From Sphyrna mokarran (taxonomy: Eukaryota): a DNA stretch of 64,000 nt. The DNA lies in NCBI GenBank assembly GCA_024679065.1, contig JAGIQG010000012.1, forward strand, positions 87,110,001 through 87,174,000, given 5' to 3'. The notes below the pieces were generated by a model. That model did no database searches. It saw nothing but the letters and a program-made list of their open reading frames with translations, and had not been told where the DNA came from. Positions 12,101 through 24,630 of this stretch are shown one piece after another (positions within the stretch are counted from its first letter, which is position 1; every line of letters begins with the position of its first letter). Both the position numbers and the translations under genes were made by a program.

Positions 12101-14770
12101 CTGATCCACCTCCCTGTGTCTCTGATCCACCTCCCCGTGTCTCTGATCCACCTCCCCGTGTCTCTGATCCACCACCCTGTGTCTCTGATCCATCACCCCG
12201 TGTCTCTGATCCATCACCCCGTGTCTCTGATCCATCACCCCGTGTCTCTGATCCATCACCCTGTGTCTCTGATCCATCACCCCGTGTCTCTGATCCATCA
12301 CCCCGTGTCTCTGATCCATCACCCTGTGTCTCTGATCCACCTCCCCGTGTCTCTGATCCATCTCCCTGTGTCTCTGATCCATCACCCCGTGTCTCTGATC
12401 CATCACCCCGTGTCTCTGATCCATCACCCTGTGTCTCTGATCCATCACCCCGTGTCTCTGATCCTCCCTCTGATCCACCTCCCTGTGTCTCTGATCCATC
12501 CCCCGTGTCTCTGATCCATCACCCCGTGTCTCTGATCCATCACCCCGTGTCTCTGATCCATCACCCCGTGTCTCTGATCCACCTCCCTGTGTCTCTGATC
12601 CATCACCCCGTGTCTCTGATCCATCACCCCGTGTCTCTGATCCACCTCCCCGTGTCTCTGATCCATCACCCCGTGTCTCTGATCCACCTCCCTGTGTCTC
12701 TGATCCACCTCCCCGTGTCTCTGATCCATCACCCTGTGTCTCTGATCCATCACCCTGTGTCTCTGATCCATCACCCTGTGTCTCTGATCCATCACCCCGT
12801 GTCTCTGATCCATCACCCCGTGTCTCTGATCCATCACCCTGTGTCTCTGATCCATCACCCTGTGTCTCTGATCCACCTCCCTGTGTCTCTGATCCATCAC
12901 CCCGTGTCTCTGATCCATCACCCCGTGTCTCTGATCCATCACCCTGTGTCTCTGATCCACCTCCCCGTGTCTCTGATCCACCTCCCTGTGTCTCTGATCC
13001 ATCACCCTGTGTCTCTGATCCACCTCCCTGTGTCTCTGATCCATCACCCTGTGTCTCTGATCCATCACCCCGTGTCTCTGATCCATCACCCCGTGTCTCT
13101 GATCCATCACCCCGTGTCTCTGATCCACCTCCCCGTGTCTCTGATCCATCACCCCGTGTCTCTGATCCATCACCCTGTGTCTCTGATCCACCACCCTGTG
13201 TCTCTGATCCATCACCCCGTGTCTCTGATCCATCACCCCGTGTCTCTGATCCATCACCCCGTGTCTCTGATCCATCACCCTGTGTCTCTGATCCATCACC
13301 CTGTGTCTCTGATCCATCACCCTGTGTCTCTGATCCACCTCCCCGTGTCTCTGATCCATCACCCCGTGTCTCTGATCCATCACCCCGTGTCTCTGATCCA
13401 TCACCCCGTGTCTCTGATCCATCACCCCGTGTCTCTGATCCATCACCCCGTGTCTCTGATCCATCACCCCGTGTCTCTGATCCATCACCCCGTGTCTCTG
13501 ATCCATCACCCCGTGTCTCTGATCCATCACCCTGTGTCTCTGATCCATCACCCTGTGTCTCTGATCCATCACCCTGTGTCTCTGATCCATCACCCCGTGT
13601 CTCTGATCCATCACCCCGTGTCTCTGATCCATCACCCCGTGTCTCTGATCCATCACCCTGTGTCTCTGATCCATCACCCCGTGTCTCTGATCCATCACCC
13701 TGTGTCTCTGATCCATCACCTGTGTCTCTGATCCATCACCCTGTGTCTCTGATCCATCACCCCGTGTCTCTGATCCACCTCCCTGTGTCTCTGATCCATC
13801 ACCCTGTGTCTCTGATCCATCACCCTGTGTCTCTGATCCATCACCCGTGTCTCTGATCCATCACCCCGTGTCTCTGATCCAACCGTGTCTCTGATCCACA
13901 CCCTGTGTCTCTGATCCATCACCTGTGTCTCTGATCCACCTCCCCGTGTCTCTGATCCATCACCCCGTGTCTCTGATCCATCACCCTGTGTCTCTGATCC
14001 ACCACCCCGTGTCTCTGATCCATCACCCCGTGTCTCTGATCCATCACCCCGTGTCTCTGATCCACCTCCCCGTGTCTCTGATCCATCACCCTGTGTCTCT
14101 GATCCATCACCCTGTGTCTCTGATCCACCTCCCCGTGTCTCTGATCCACCTCCCTGTGTCTCTGATCCACCTCCCTGTGTCTCTGATCCACCTCCCCGTG
14201 TCTCTGATCCATCACCCCGTGTCTCTGATCCATCACCCTGTGTCTCTGATCCATCACCCTGTGTCTCTGATCCATCACCCCGTGTCTCTGATCCATCACC
14301 CCGTGTCTCTGATCCATCACCCCGTGTCTCTGATCCATCACCCCGTGTCTCTGATCCATCACCCCGTGTCTCTGATCCATCACCCTGTGTCTCTGATCCA
14401 TCACCCTGTGTCTCTGATCCACCACCCTGTGTCTCTGATCCACCACCCTGTGTCTCTGATCCATCACCCCGTGTCTCTGATCCATCACCCCGTGTCTCTG
14501 ATCCATCACCCTGTGTCTCTGATCCATCACCCCGTGTCTCTGATCCATCACCCTGTGTCTCTGATCCATCACCCTGTGTCTCTGATCACCCCCCCGTGTC
14601 TCTGATCCCCCCTCTGATCCCCTGCTCTGATCCATCCCCTGTGTCTCTGATCCACCTCCCCGTGTCTCTGATCCATCACCCCGTGTCTCTGATCCATCAC
14701 CCTGTGCCTCTGATCCATAACCCTGTGCCTCTGATCCATCACCCCTTGTCTCTGATCCATCACCCGTTCT
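6169..14770. repeat. 21-bp tandem satellite, ~8.6 kb (~400 units), GTGTCTCTGATCCA(TCA/CCT)CCC(C/T)
   Basis: Direct reading; 7-aa periodic ORFs (HHPVSLI / MDQRHGV). Confidence 0.98.
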
Positions 14771-15589
14771 CCGATCTCCCTCCCCGTGAACTACACCCCA
14801 CAGCTGGCGGCATTTCAATTCAATTAATTAATCAATCAGGTTTTCAATTTGTAATCATTCCTGCTACCTCCTTTGCCCCTTGTGTCTCTAAATATCTTTG
14901 TGTAAAATCTCCAGCTCCCACCTTTCACTGACCGGCTCTGGGACCTTGACTCGGATTCCTCTCATGAAACGTCCTCCAGAATTTGATCTGTTACTGGGAT
15001 CCTTCTTTTCCTCAGGGTGGTGGAGCAGGGTGGGGGTGATGGGGCAATGGGAGGGGGTGGTGAGGAGGGAAGGAGATGTGTGAATGCTAATCCATTGCTG
15101 CGAACATCAGCTGAACCTCAGCTCTCACACTCTGATACTCATTCCCCACCATGCAGAGGGCAATGAGGCTTTGACTGGGCACTCACTGCTCCTCTGGCTT
15201 GTTGCTGGAAGGTGACCAATAAAGATGCCGCCCAGCTGTGTGGTGTGGGATTTGAATCCATGTCCCCAGGCCATTATCTTGGGCCTCAGCTAGTCCAGTA
15301 ACAATAGCAGCTTCCTGCCACATCCTATAGTGCAAACCGCTGTTCATCAACATCTCCGAAATCCTCAATAGGAACTCTCCTCCCTCAGAGACCATTCTAG
15401 AATTTAACAATCACTCACAAATTAATTACTGCTGATTTTCTCCTGATTCTGAGTTTTGGGTTGTGCTGGAGATTGAACTTGCTTATGTTTGCTGTGAACT
15501 GCAGGAAGCTGTGCTGCAAGTGAGGAAGCTGTGGGTTTTGAGTGGAACTTTTACACTTCGGTTATGGGTCAAAAATATACACAAACACA

Positions 15590-15810
15590 AGAAATGGAAA
15601 CAGGAGTTGGCCATCGGCCCATCAAGCCTGTCCCGCCATTTAATACCATCTGTGCCAACCTCAACTCCTTTTCTGGGCCATTTCTCCATAGTCTGTCTAT
15701 TCCTCTATCTATCAAATATTTATCCAGCTCCATTTTAAATGCTTCTAATGATCCAGCCTCCAGCACCCTTTGGGGCAGAGAATTCCAGAGATTCACCACT
15801 CTCTGCAGAA
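15590..15810 (-). mobile_element. CR1 LINE 3' end fragment
   Basis: VNLWNSLPQRVLEAGSLEAFK plus UTR. Confidence 0.75.
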
Positions 15811-15911
15811 CTTATTAATTCTGTTTTCTAAATGACTGCCAGTTTTCATCCATGCTAATACACTTCCTCCAGTTCCATAGGCTTTTACTTCATGCATCAG
15901 CCTGTTATATT

Positions 15912-16200
15912 GAAAGTTTAAAGTTTATTTGTCAGTGTCACAAGTAGGCCTGTATTAACCCTGCAATGAAGTTACTGTGAAAATCCTCTAGTCGCCACAC
16001 TCCAGCACCCGTTCAGGTTCACAGAGGGAGAATTAAGCATGACCTAAACCAACATGCCTTTCGGACTGTGGGAGGAAACCAGAGCATCCAGAGGAAACCC
16101 ACGGAGACACGGAGAGAATGTGCAGATTTCACACAGACAGTGACCAAGCTGAGAATTGAACCCGGGGCCCTGGCACTGTGAGGCAGCAGTGCTAACCATT
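15912..16200 (-). mobile_element. tRNA-derived V-SINE (HE1-like)
   Basis: tRNA-like head (TGGTTAGCACTGCTGCCTCACAG..GGTTCAATTC), V-domain core GGGTTTCCTC..TTTCCTCCCACAGTCC, (TAAACTT)n tail. Confidence 0.8.
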
Positions 16201-16204
16201 ACAT

Positions 16205-16570
16205 CACTGTGCTACATCTTGTGGTATGTGGCACCTTATCAATGCTTTTAGCAAATCTAAAAGCATAATACTTACAGGTTCACCTCTATTTATTCTCTCT
16301 GTTATATCCTCAAAGAATTTGAGCAAATTTGTCAAACATGATTTACTTTTCATAAAACAATGTTGACTAGGTTTGATTATATTCTGCTTTCTTACACGAT
16401 TAGTTATTTCCTCTTTGACTATTGACTCCAGCATCTTGCCAATTTAACTCACTGACCTATACTTCCCTGCCTTCTGCCTTTCTCCCTTTTTAAACATTGG
16501 CTGTTTTCCAATCCTCTTGTACCCTGTCTTGGAATTTATGAGTTATGAAAAATATCAACCAATGGGTCCA
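16205..16570 (-). mobile_element. Degenerate CR1 RT fragment
   Basis: KSCLTNLLKFFEDIT motif. Confidence 0.75.
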
Positions 16571-16649
16571 CCAACACTGGAGAAGCCTCCCCTCTTGAGG
16601 AATGGGAGGGAGGTGGAGAATTAGCAGCAAGTCACGTTGCTAGCTGAGA

Positions 16650-16855
16650 TGGCATTTATTGCCCATTCCTAGATGCCCTTGAACTGAGTTACCTGCTCAG
16701 CCATTTCAGAGGCCAGCTCAGAGTCAACCACACTGCTGTGTCTCTGGAGTCATAGGGAGGCCAGACTGGGTAAGGACAGCAGATTTCCTTCCCTAAAGAA
16801 CATTAATGAACCAGGTGGGTTTTTCCGACAATTGACAATAGTTTCATGGTCAGCA
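16650..16855 (-). mobile_element. Deu-domain-type SINE fragment (related copies at ~20460-20630, 34915-35215 (+), 50360-50630, 54100-54340, 63470-63830)
   Basis: Shared core GCAGATTTCCTTCCCTAAAGGACAT..TGAACCAGATGGG at several places in the window; family name from recall of shark SacSINE-like elements. Confidence 0.6.
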
Positions 16856-16857
16856 GT

Positions 16858-17318
16858 ACAAAGAACAAAGAACAAAACAGCACGGGAAACAGGTCCTTCG
16901 GCCCGACGAGCCCGCACTGCCACCTCGATGTTCCCACTTCTACACGTGATCCCTGTCCATGTTTATAGATTTATGGATTAAAAACCAAATTTGAGACAAT
17001 TTAGGGAGAATTTGTTTTGCCAATTAGCCTAAGAGACATCTTTGGGATGTGGGAGGAAACCGGAGCACCCGGAGAAAACCCACGCAAGCACGGGGAGAAT
17101 GTGCAAACTCCCACAGACACAGGCCCAAATCCATGTAACTGCACAGCACAGCGATAGTCACTGCACTGTCGTGTTGCCCATCAGATGGTCCAGGTCAAGC
17201 GTACACTAACGATGTGAAGCACTAGGATACTCTCGAAAAAGGTCCAAAAGCAGCCCTCTCACAACCCATCGCGTGTATGCTCCTCGTTAGGCAACAAGGT
17301 GGACCAAAGCACCTGAAA
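16858..17318 (-). mobile_element. Composite V-SINE with long 5' extension, copy 1
   Basis: Reverse complement of 17772-18240; (AAGAACA)n tail. Confidence 0.8.
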
Positions 17319-17435
17319 GTGCAGCTGATGATGACACATTTATGTGCCCTAATGATAAATCTCTATTGGGCTGGATTTAGTGGCCAAAAATCAGTAGGCT
17401 GCACCCCGTTATTAAGGTAAAAGGTAAAAAAAAAG

Positions 17436-17705
17436 AAGGGGATAGATAGAGTAAACAGGGCTAAGCTTTTTCCTAGGATGGACTCAAATAGCACGAGGGG
17501 TCACGGACTTAGGGTGAGGGGGGGTAAGGTATAATTTGGATGCTAGAGGGAGTTTTTTCACACAGAGAGTGTTGGGGGTATGGAATGCGCTACCAAATAA
17601 AGTGGTGGAGGCAGGTACTCTGGAGATATTTAAGAAATACTTAGATGGGCACATGAACAGAATGGGAATGGAGGGGTATAGAAAACTGATTTAAAATAGG
17701 GATCA
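17436..17705 (+). mobile_element. CR1 3' fragment between the inverted SINEs
   Basis: KGIDRV..TRGHGLRVRG..FFTQRV..WNALP homology. Confidence 0.75.
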
Positions 17706-17744
17706 TGAGCCTTGGGAGTCTTGGGAAGTGTGTAAATAGATGAT

Positions 17745-18240
17745 GATATTGATGTACTTTTTTTTATCCTACAGGTGCTTTGGTCCACCTGTGTTCTAAC
17801 AAGGGGCATACACGCGATGGGTCGTGAGAGGACTGCTCTTGGACCTTTTTCAAGAGTATCCTACTGCTTCACATCGTTAGTGTATGCTTGACCTGGACCA
17901 TCTGATGGGCAACACGATAGCTCAGTGACTATCGCTGTGCTGTGCAGATACATGGATTTGGGCCTGTGTCTGTGGGAGTTTGCGCATTCTCCCCGTGCTT
18001 GCGTGGGTTTTCTCCGGGTGCTCCAGTTTCCTCCCACATCCCAAAGATGTGCTCTTAGGCTAATTGGCAAAACAAATTCTCCCTAAATTGTCCCTAAATT
18101 TGGTTTTTAATCCATAGATCTATAAACATGGACAGGGATCGCGTGTAGAAGTGGGAACATCAAGGTGGCGGCGCAGGCTTGTTGGGCCGAAGGGCCTGTT
18201 TCCTGTGCTGTTTTGTTCTTTGTTCTTTGGTCTTTGTTCT
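17745..18240 (+). mobile_element. Composite V-SINE with long 5' extension, copy 2
   Basis: ~140-170 nt extension, then GGGCAACACGATAGCTCAGTG head, V core, CR1-like tail (TGTTCTT)n. Confidence 0.8.
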
Positions 18241-18954
18241 TAACTCTGAAAACTGGGTGAATCCCGAGCACCAGTCTCATTACAAAAATCAGGGAGCATT
18301 TGATTGTCTGCCATCTCTCTGAGGTGAGACTTCCTGCTCTAACAGTGAGCATGTCTTGCCTTTAACCAATAAATGTCTGCATGGTGAGCTATTAAAGTCA
18401 AGACGCATCTCCCCCTACCCCTCACAAACGTTCCTCTGTGAGGAAGAGGGAGTCAGGGACACTGTCGTATCATTAAATCCAGCCTAATTTTTCTCAACTT
18501 TTCTGTTCAGGCACTTCTTCTTCCAAACAACTTGACAAGTTTCCCTTTTACAAACAGTTCCAGCTTCTTCAGTCTGTCACAGAACTGGAGTTCCTCATTC
18601 TCAAACCATCTCATAAAACTTTTCTATTCAGAACTAAACCCAATTGTCCAGCTGAGATTGAATCATTGCTTCATTAATGTTCACTGGAACATCTTTGTCT
18701 TTGGTCAAAGTCACTGTTTATAAAACTCATAACACTTGTTTTTCCCTTTTCCATTGTCTTGCACCTTATTAATTTGTGTACACAGGCACCGAGTTCCTCT
18801 GTTCTTGCATTCCCTTTCAAATTATGTCCTTCAGTTTATACCTTATCCTTCCTACCAAAATTCATTGCCTCACGTTTCTCTGCATTAAGCTTTATCTGCC
18901 ATATGTCTGTCCATTTCACCAGCAAGTCTAGATCCTCTTAATGTCTATCAGATA

Positions 18955-19625
18955 TGAGATGTGCAAGTCCACAGTTCCCTGAAGGTGGGGTCAGGTGGAC
19001 AAGGGGGAGAAGAAGGCGTACTGCATGCTGGCCTTCATCGGTCAGAGTGTTGAGTATAGAATTGGAAAATCATGTTGCAGCTGTACAAGACTTTGGTTAA
19101 GCTGCATTTGGAATACTGTGTACAATTCTGGCCAGATGTTGATGCATTGAAAAGGTGGTTGCAGAAGAGATTTACCAGGATGTTGCCTGGTTTGGAGGAT
19201 ATGGACTATGAAGAAAGTTTGAACAAACTTGGATTGTTTTCACTGGAGCATCAGAGGATGAGGGGGATGTGATAGAGATTTCTAAGGTTATAACAGGATA
19301 GTCAGATATTCTTTTTTCCAGGGTCAAAGAGTCAATTACTCAGGGGGCATAGATTGAGAGTGAGAAGTGGAAAGTTTACAAAAGATGTAAGAGGCAAGTT
19401 TTTCATACACAGATTGGTGAATGCCTGAAATACACTACTTGAGGTGGTGGTGGAAGCAGATCCTATAATAAAATTCAAGAGGTAGCTGGATAGGTACATG
19501 ATAGGCAGGGAATAGAGGAATGTGGACCATACAGAGGCAAGAAAATATTAGAGAGAGTTCTGTGTCAGCACAGACTTGGAGGTCAAAGGGCCTGTTCCTA
19601 TGTGCTATTATTCTGTGTCCTTAGT
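18955..19625 (+). mobile_element. Old CR1 3' fragment
   Basis: [17 protein letters not shown] motif plus UTR. Confidence 0.8.
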
Positions 19626-19631
19626 TCACAA

Positions 19632-20018
19632 TTAGAACATAGAACATAGAACATTACAGCGCAGAACAGGTCCTTCGGCCTTCGATGTTGCGCCGACCAA
19701 TATAAAAAGCAATGCCCCTCCAAACTAAACCATTCCCTTCTCTTCCATATACTTATCAACTAACCTCTTAAACGTCACCAAACTTGGCGCATCTACAACT
19801 GCCGCAGGCAGGGCATTCCATACCCTTACCAACCTCTGGGTAAAGAACCTACCTCTGATATCCGTCCTATAACTACCACCCCTTAATTTAAAGCTATGTC
19901 CCCTCGTCCTAGCTTTCTCCATCCTAGGAAAAAGACTATCACTGTCCACCCTATCTAAACCTCTAATCATCTTATATGTTTCAATAAGGTCTCCTCTTAG
20001 CTGCCTCCTTTCTAACGA
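19632..20018 (-). mobile_element. Young CR1 3' end
   Basis: Near-identical to 4795-5180. Confidence 0.9.
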
Positions 20019-20940
20019 ATTCTCCTCACAATTCACAATACTTTCACGTTGTGCACCATCTTCACATTTTGACCTCAGGTCCTGTACACTCACGTCCATT
20101 TCATTAATATATAATCAGAAAAGCAATGATCCTGATGGGAAACCTTTCCGACAGTCCAAAAAACAATCGTTCTTCACCATTCTCCTTCCTGTCATTCACA
20201 CATTTGGGAATGCTGGAATGTTGGGATAGGAGCAGGAGTTGATCACATGGCCCTTTGAGCTTGCTCCATCATTCACAGCGATCCTGGATATTCCTCCACC
20301 AGTTTCCCATCCACTTTCTGGAATCTTTGATATCCCGAGAGATCAAAAGGCCCACCTGCCCCAGACATGAATGTATTCAATGCGTGGCCCATGGTGTGGG
20401 TGTGAGCTGGGAGATAGATGGCAGAGTCTTTTGTACGGAATGTGGACATCTCTGGCTGGACCTGTATTTATTGTCCATTCCTCCATTTCAAAAGGCATTT
20501 TTAAGAGTTAACCACATTGCTGTGGCTCTGGAGTCACATATAGGTCAGACCAGGTAAGGACAACAAATTTCCTTCCCTAAAGTGAACCAGATTTTTTTTT
20601 ACAACAAGCGACAATGGTTTTGTGGTCACCATTAAATCTTTAATTCCTTAACTCCCTTTAATTCTTTAACTCTCGTGGGTTTATTTAAAACCAACTTCCT
20701 CTTTTACAGCTTCCTTAATGACATTTCCAACGAGATGACTTTTGGCTTCTTTGTATATCTGAGTAGTGTCAAAAACTGAGTCAGGAACAGAACTCACCTG
20801 CTAGTATTTAAATTATTTATATTATAATATTTCTCATCAAAGTTGCTATTTTGGAAGGTAGTTGCTGTATAAAAATGAGCTAACAAAGAAAAATTCTAAA
20901 GCACCTTTCACATTGTGGGTGGCACGGTGGCACAGTGTTG

Positions 20941-21125
20941 GAGATGCCAGTGTTGGATTGGGATGGGCACAGTAAGGAGTCTCACAGCACCAGGTTAAAG
21001 TCCAACAGGTTTATTTGGTGGCACAAGCTTTCAGAGCACTGCTCCTTAACTCATTCACCTGATGAAGGAGTAACGCTCTGAAAGCTCATGATACCAAATA
21101 AACCTATTGGACTTTAACCTGGTAT
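20941..21125. mobile_element. Penelope-type inverted terminal fragments forming a palindrome, with hammerhead-like core at ~21056-21090 (+)
   Basis: ACCAGGTTAAAGTCCAACAGGTTTATTTGGT..AGCTTTCAGAGC inverted against GCTCTGAAAGCT..ACCAAATAAACCTATTGGACTTTAACCTGGT; CACCTGATGAAGGAG..CTCTGAAAGCTC. Confidence 0.7.
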
Positions 21126-21553
21126 TCTGAATTAGAAGTTGTAACAATTTGCAGATGGCCATTCAGCCCATCATGACTTCTGCCAATTAGTTTTACTCCT
21201 CACAACACTGGAAATGATTACTTTTCAAATATTTATCCAATTCCCTTTGGAAAATTGCTCTAGGATTTATTTCCACTGACCTTTCAGGTAAAGCATCCCA
21301 GATCGTCACGTAGAATAATTATGGGTGCAATAGAAAAACACCTGGAAAATTCCAATGTTTCCGGCGATTAAGACTAGTCCAAATGGTCAGGTTCACACTT
21401 GTTTTCATTAAGGGATCTTTAATGACGGCCTTTCCATGGAGTTATGCAACACAGAACATCGAGTCTGCACAACAACAACTTCCACTAAAATCCTGTTTTC
21501 CAGCTGTTGTCCCATAACCTAGAATGTTCTGATATTTCATCTAAATACTCCTC

Positions 21554-24500
21554 ATAGAACATAGAACATTACAGCGCAGAACAGGCCCTTCGGCCTTCGA
21601 TGTTGCGCCGACCAATATAAAAAGCAATGCCCCTCCAAACTAAACCATTCCCTTCTCTTCCATATACTTATCAACTAACCTCTTAACGCCACCAAACTTG
21701 GCGCATCTACAACTGCTGCAGGCAGGGCATTCCACTCCCGAACCACCCTTTGGGTAAAGAACCTACCTCTGATATCCGTCCTATAACTATCACCCCTTAA
21801 TTTAAAGCCGTGTCCCCTCATGCTAGCTTTCTCCATCCTAGGAAAAAGGCTATCACTGTCCACCCTATCTAAACCTCTAATCATCTTATATGTTTCGATC
21901 AGGTCCCCTCTTAGCCTCCTCCTTTCTAACGAAACAACCTCAAATCCCTCAGCTTCTCCTCATAAGACCTGCCCCCCATACCAGGCAACATCCTGGTAAA
22001 CCTCCTCTGTACCCTCTCCAATGCCTCCACATCTTTCTTATAATGTGGGGACCAGAACTGCACACAATACTCCAAGTGCGGCCGCACTAGAGTTTGTACA
22101 GTTGCAACATGACGTTGCGGCTCCGAAATTCAATCCCCCTACCAATACAAGCTAAGACTCCATATGCCTTCTTAACAACCTTCTCGACTTGACTGCCTAC
22201 TTTCAGGGATCTATGCACATACACACCAAGATCCCTCTGTTCATCAAGACTACTAAGAATCCTACCATTAACCCTATACTCTACACATTTATTATTTCTG
22301 CCATAGTGCATTACCTCACACTTTTCCACATTAAACTCCATTTGCCACCTCTCCGCCCAGCTCTGCAACTTGTCCAAGTCCCTCTGCAAACTATAACACC
22401 CCTCTTCAATATCTACCACTCCACCGACTTTAGTGTCATCTGCAAATTTACTAATCCATCCTTCAATACCCTCATCCAGATCATTTATAAAAATTACAAA
22501 CAGCAGGGGCCCCAAAACCGACCCCTGAGGTACACCACTTGTAACTGAACTCCACGATGAATATCTCCCATCAACCACCACCCTCTGTCTTCTATCTGCT
22601 AGCCAATTCCTAATCCAATTAGCTAAATCACCCTCTATCCCATACATCTGCATTTTCTGCAGAACTCTTCCATGGGCCACCTTATCAAACGCCTTACTAA
22701 TGTCCATATATACCACATCAACTGCCTTACCCCCATCCACCTCTTTGGTCACTTTTTCAAAAAACTCAATAAGATTAGTAAGGCACGACCTACCCTTCAC
22801 AAAACATGCTGACTATCCCCAATCAATTCATTTCTCTCTAAATAACTATAAATCCTATCCCTAATAATTCTCTCCAATACTTTGCCCACAACAGAAGTAA
22901 GACTCACTGGCCTATAATTCCCTGGAAAGTCTCTCTTCCCCTTGTTGAACAATGGGACCACATTCGCTATCCTCCAGTCCTCCGGAACCACGCCCGTAAC
23001 CAACGACGACCTGAAGATCAGAGCCAGAGGCTCTGCAATCTCCTCTCTTGCCTCCCAGAGAATCCTAGGGTAAATCCCGTCCGGCCCAGGGGACTTATCT
23101 AACTTCAAACCCTCAAGAATATCTAGCACATCCTCCCTATCTACTTCAATACTTTCCAGTTTGCAACCTGTACCTCAGTGTTCTCCACAACTACATTTAC
23201 ATCTCCCTGCGTGAATACCGAAGAGAAATATTTGTTCAGTGCCTCTCCAATCTCTTCAGGCTCCATGCACAACTTCCCCCTGCTGTCTCTGACTGGCCCT
23301 AATCTTGCCCTAACCAATCTTCTATTCTTAACATATCTAAAGAAAGCTTTAGGATTCTCCTTGATCCTATCAGCCAAAGTCTTCTCATGTCCCCTCTTAG
23401 CTCTCCTCAACTCACTCTTTAGCTCCCTCCTGGCTAATCTATAGCTATCCTTTGCACTAACCGAGCCTTCAAGCCTCATCCTGACATAAGCCTCCTTTTT
23501 CCTTTTAACCAGCGAATTAATTTTTTTAGTACACCATGGTTCCCTCACTCAACCATTTTCTCCTTGCCTGACAGGGGCATACTTATCAAGGACTCGCAGT
23601 AGCTGCTCCTTGAATAAGCTCCACATTTCAGATGTTCCCAGTCCCTGTAGTTTCCTAGTCCAACCTATGCACCCTAATTCCCTCCTTTTGGCCTCATAAT
23701 TACCATTCCCCCAGCTATAACTACTGCCCCCAGCTTCATGCCTATACCTATCCATCACTAAGGTGAACGTAACCGAATTGTGGTCACTATCACCAAAATG
23801 TTCACCAACTTCCAAGTCTAACACCTGGTCTGGCTCATTGCCCAGCACCAAATCCAATGTAGCCTCACCTCTAGTTGGCCTATCTACATACTGAGTCAAA
23901 AAACCTTCTGCACACTTTGTACAAAAACTGACCCCTCTAACGAGCTAGAGCTATAGCTATTCCAATCAATATTAGTAAAGTTAAAGTCCCCCATAACAAT
24001 TACCCTATTACTTTCACTCCTGACCAGGATCGACTTTGCAATCCTTTCCTCTACCTCTCTAGAACTTTTAGGAGGTCTATAAAAGACTCCCAACAGGGTG
24101 ACCTCTCCTGTCCTGTTTCTAACCTCAGCCCATACTACCTCAACAGACAAGTCCTCATCAAACTTCTTCTCTGTCACTGTGATACAGTCTTTGACTAATA
24201 ATGCCACTCCTCCCCCCCTTCTACCTCCTTCTCTACTCCGACTAAAGCATTTGAACCCCAGAACCTGCAACATCCATTCTTGTCCCTGCTCTACCCAAGT
24301 CTCTGAAATGGCCACAACATCCAAGTTCCAGGTACTGGTCCAAGCTGCAAGTTCCTCCACCTTATTGCGAATACTCCTTGCATTAAAGTATACGCATTTC
24401 AAACCATGCCCTACTCCACCCGTACGCCGCTGTGTTTTGCAGTTCTCCTCTATGACCCCCCTATTCTCATCCTTCTTAGCACCCCAACTACTCAGGATCC

Positions 24501-24630
24501 CACGCCCCCTCTGAATCAGTTTAAAGCCCCCTGCATAGCCTTTGCAAATTTTCCCCCCAAGATGTTAGCTCCCCTCTGGTTCAGGTGTAGACCATCTCTC
24601 TTGTAGAGGTCCCACCTATCCCAGAATGAA
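21554..24630 (-). mobile_element. Young CR1 LINE with complete ORF2 region (APE endonuclease + RT), several 1-nt frameshifts
   Basis: [39 protein letters not shown] and FADD motifs in consecutive ORFs; (ATAGAAC)n tail. Confidence 0.95.

Noticed and set aside
6169-14770. Satellite as a CRISPR array or Ig switch region
   Set aside because: There are no unique spacers and the context is eukaryotic; the unit lacks AGCT/WGCW hotspots and no constant-region exons are present
5886-14931. Long ORFs (up to 573 aa) of HHPVSLI / MDQRHGV / GDGSETR repeats
   Set aside because: They are translations of a 21-bp satellite that lacks stops in several frames; there is no unique coding sequence or splice context
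15130-15190. Leader-like relic on the minus strand (shares CACCATGCAGAGGG with the 4190-4241 leader; reads SLIALCMVG)
   Set aside because: There is no in-frame ATG, an upstream stop, and no GT donor; a 14-bp match alone is insufficient
15912-16200. tRNA genes suggested by A/B-box-like sequences (also 31700-31985, 53496, 63868)
   Set aside because: They continue into SINE bodies; these are tRNA-derived SINE heads, not tRNAs
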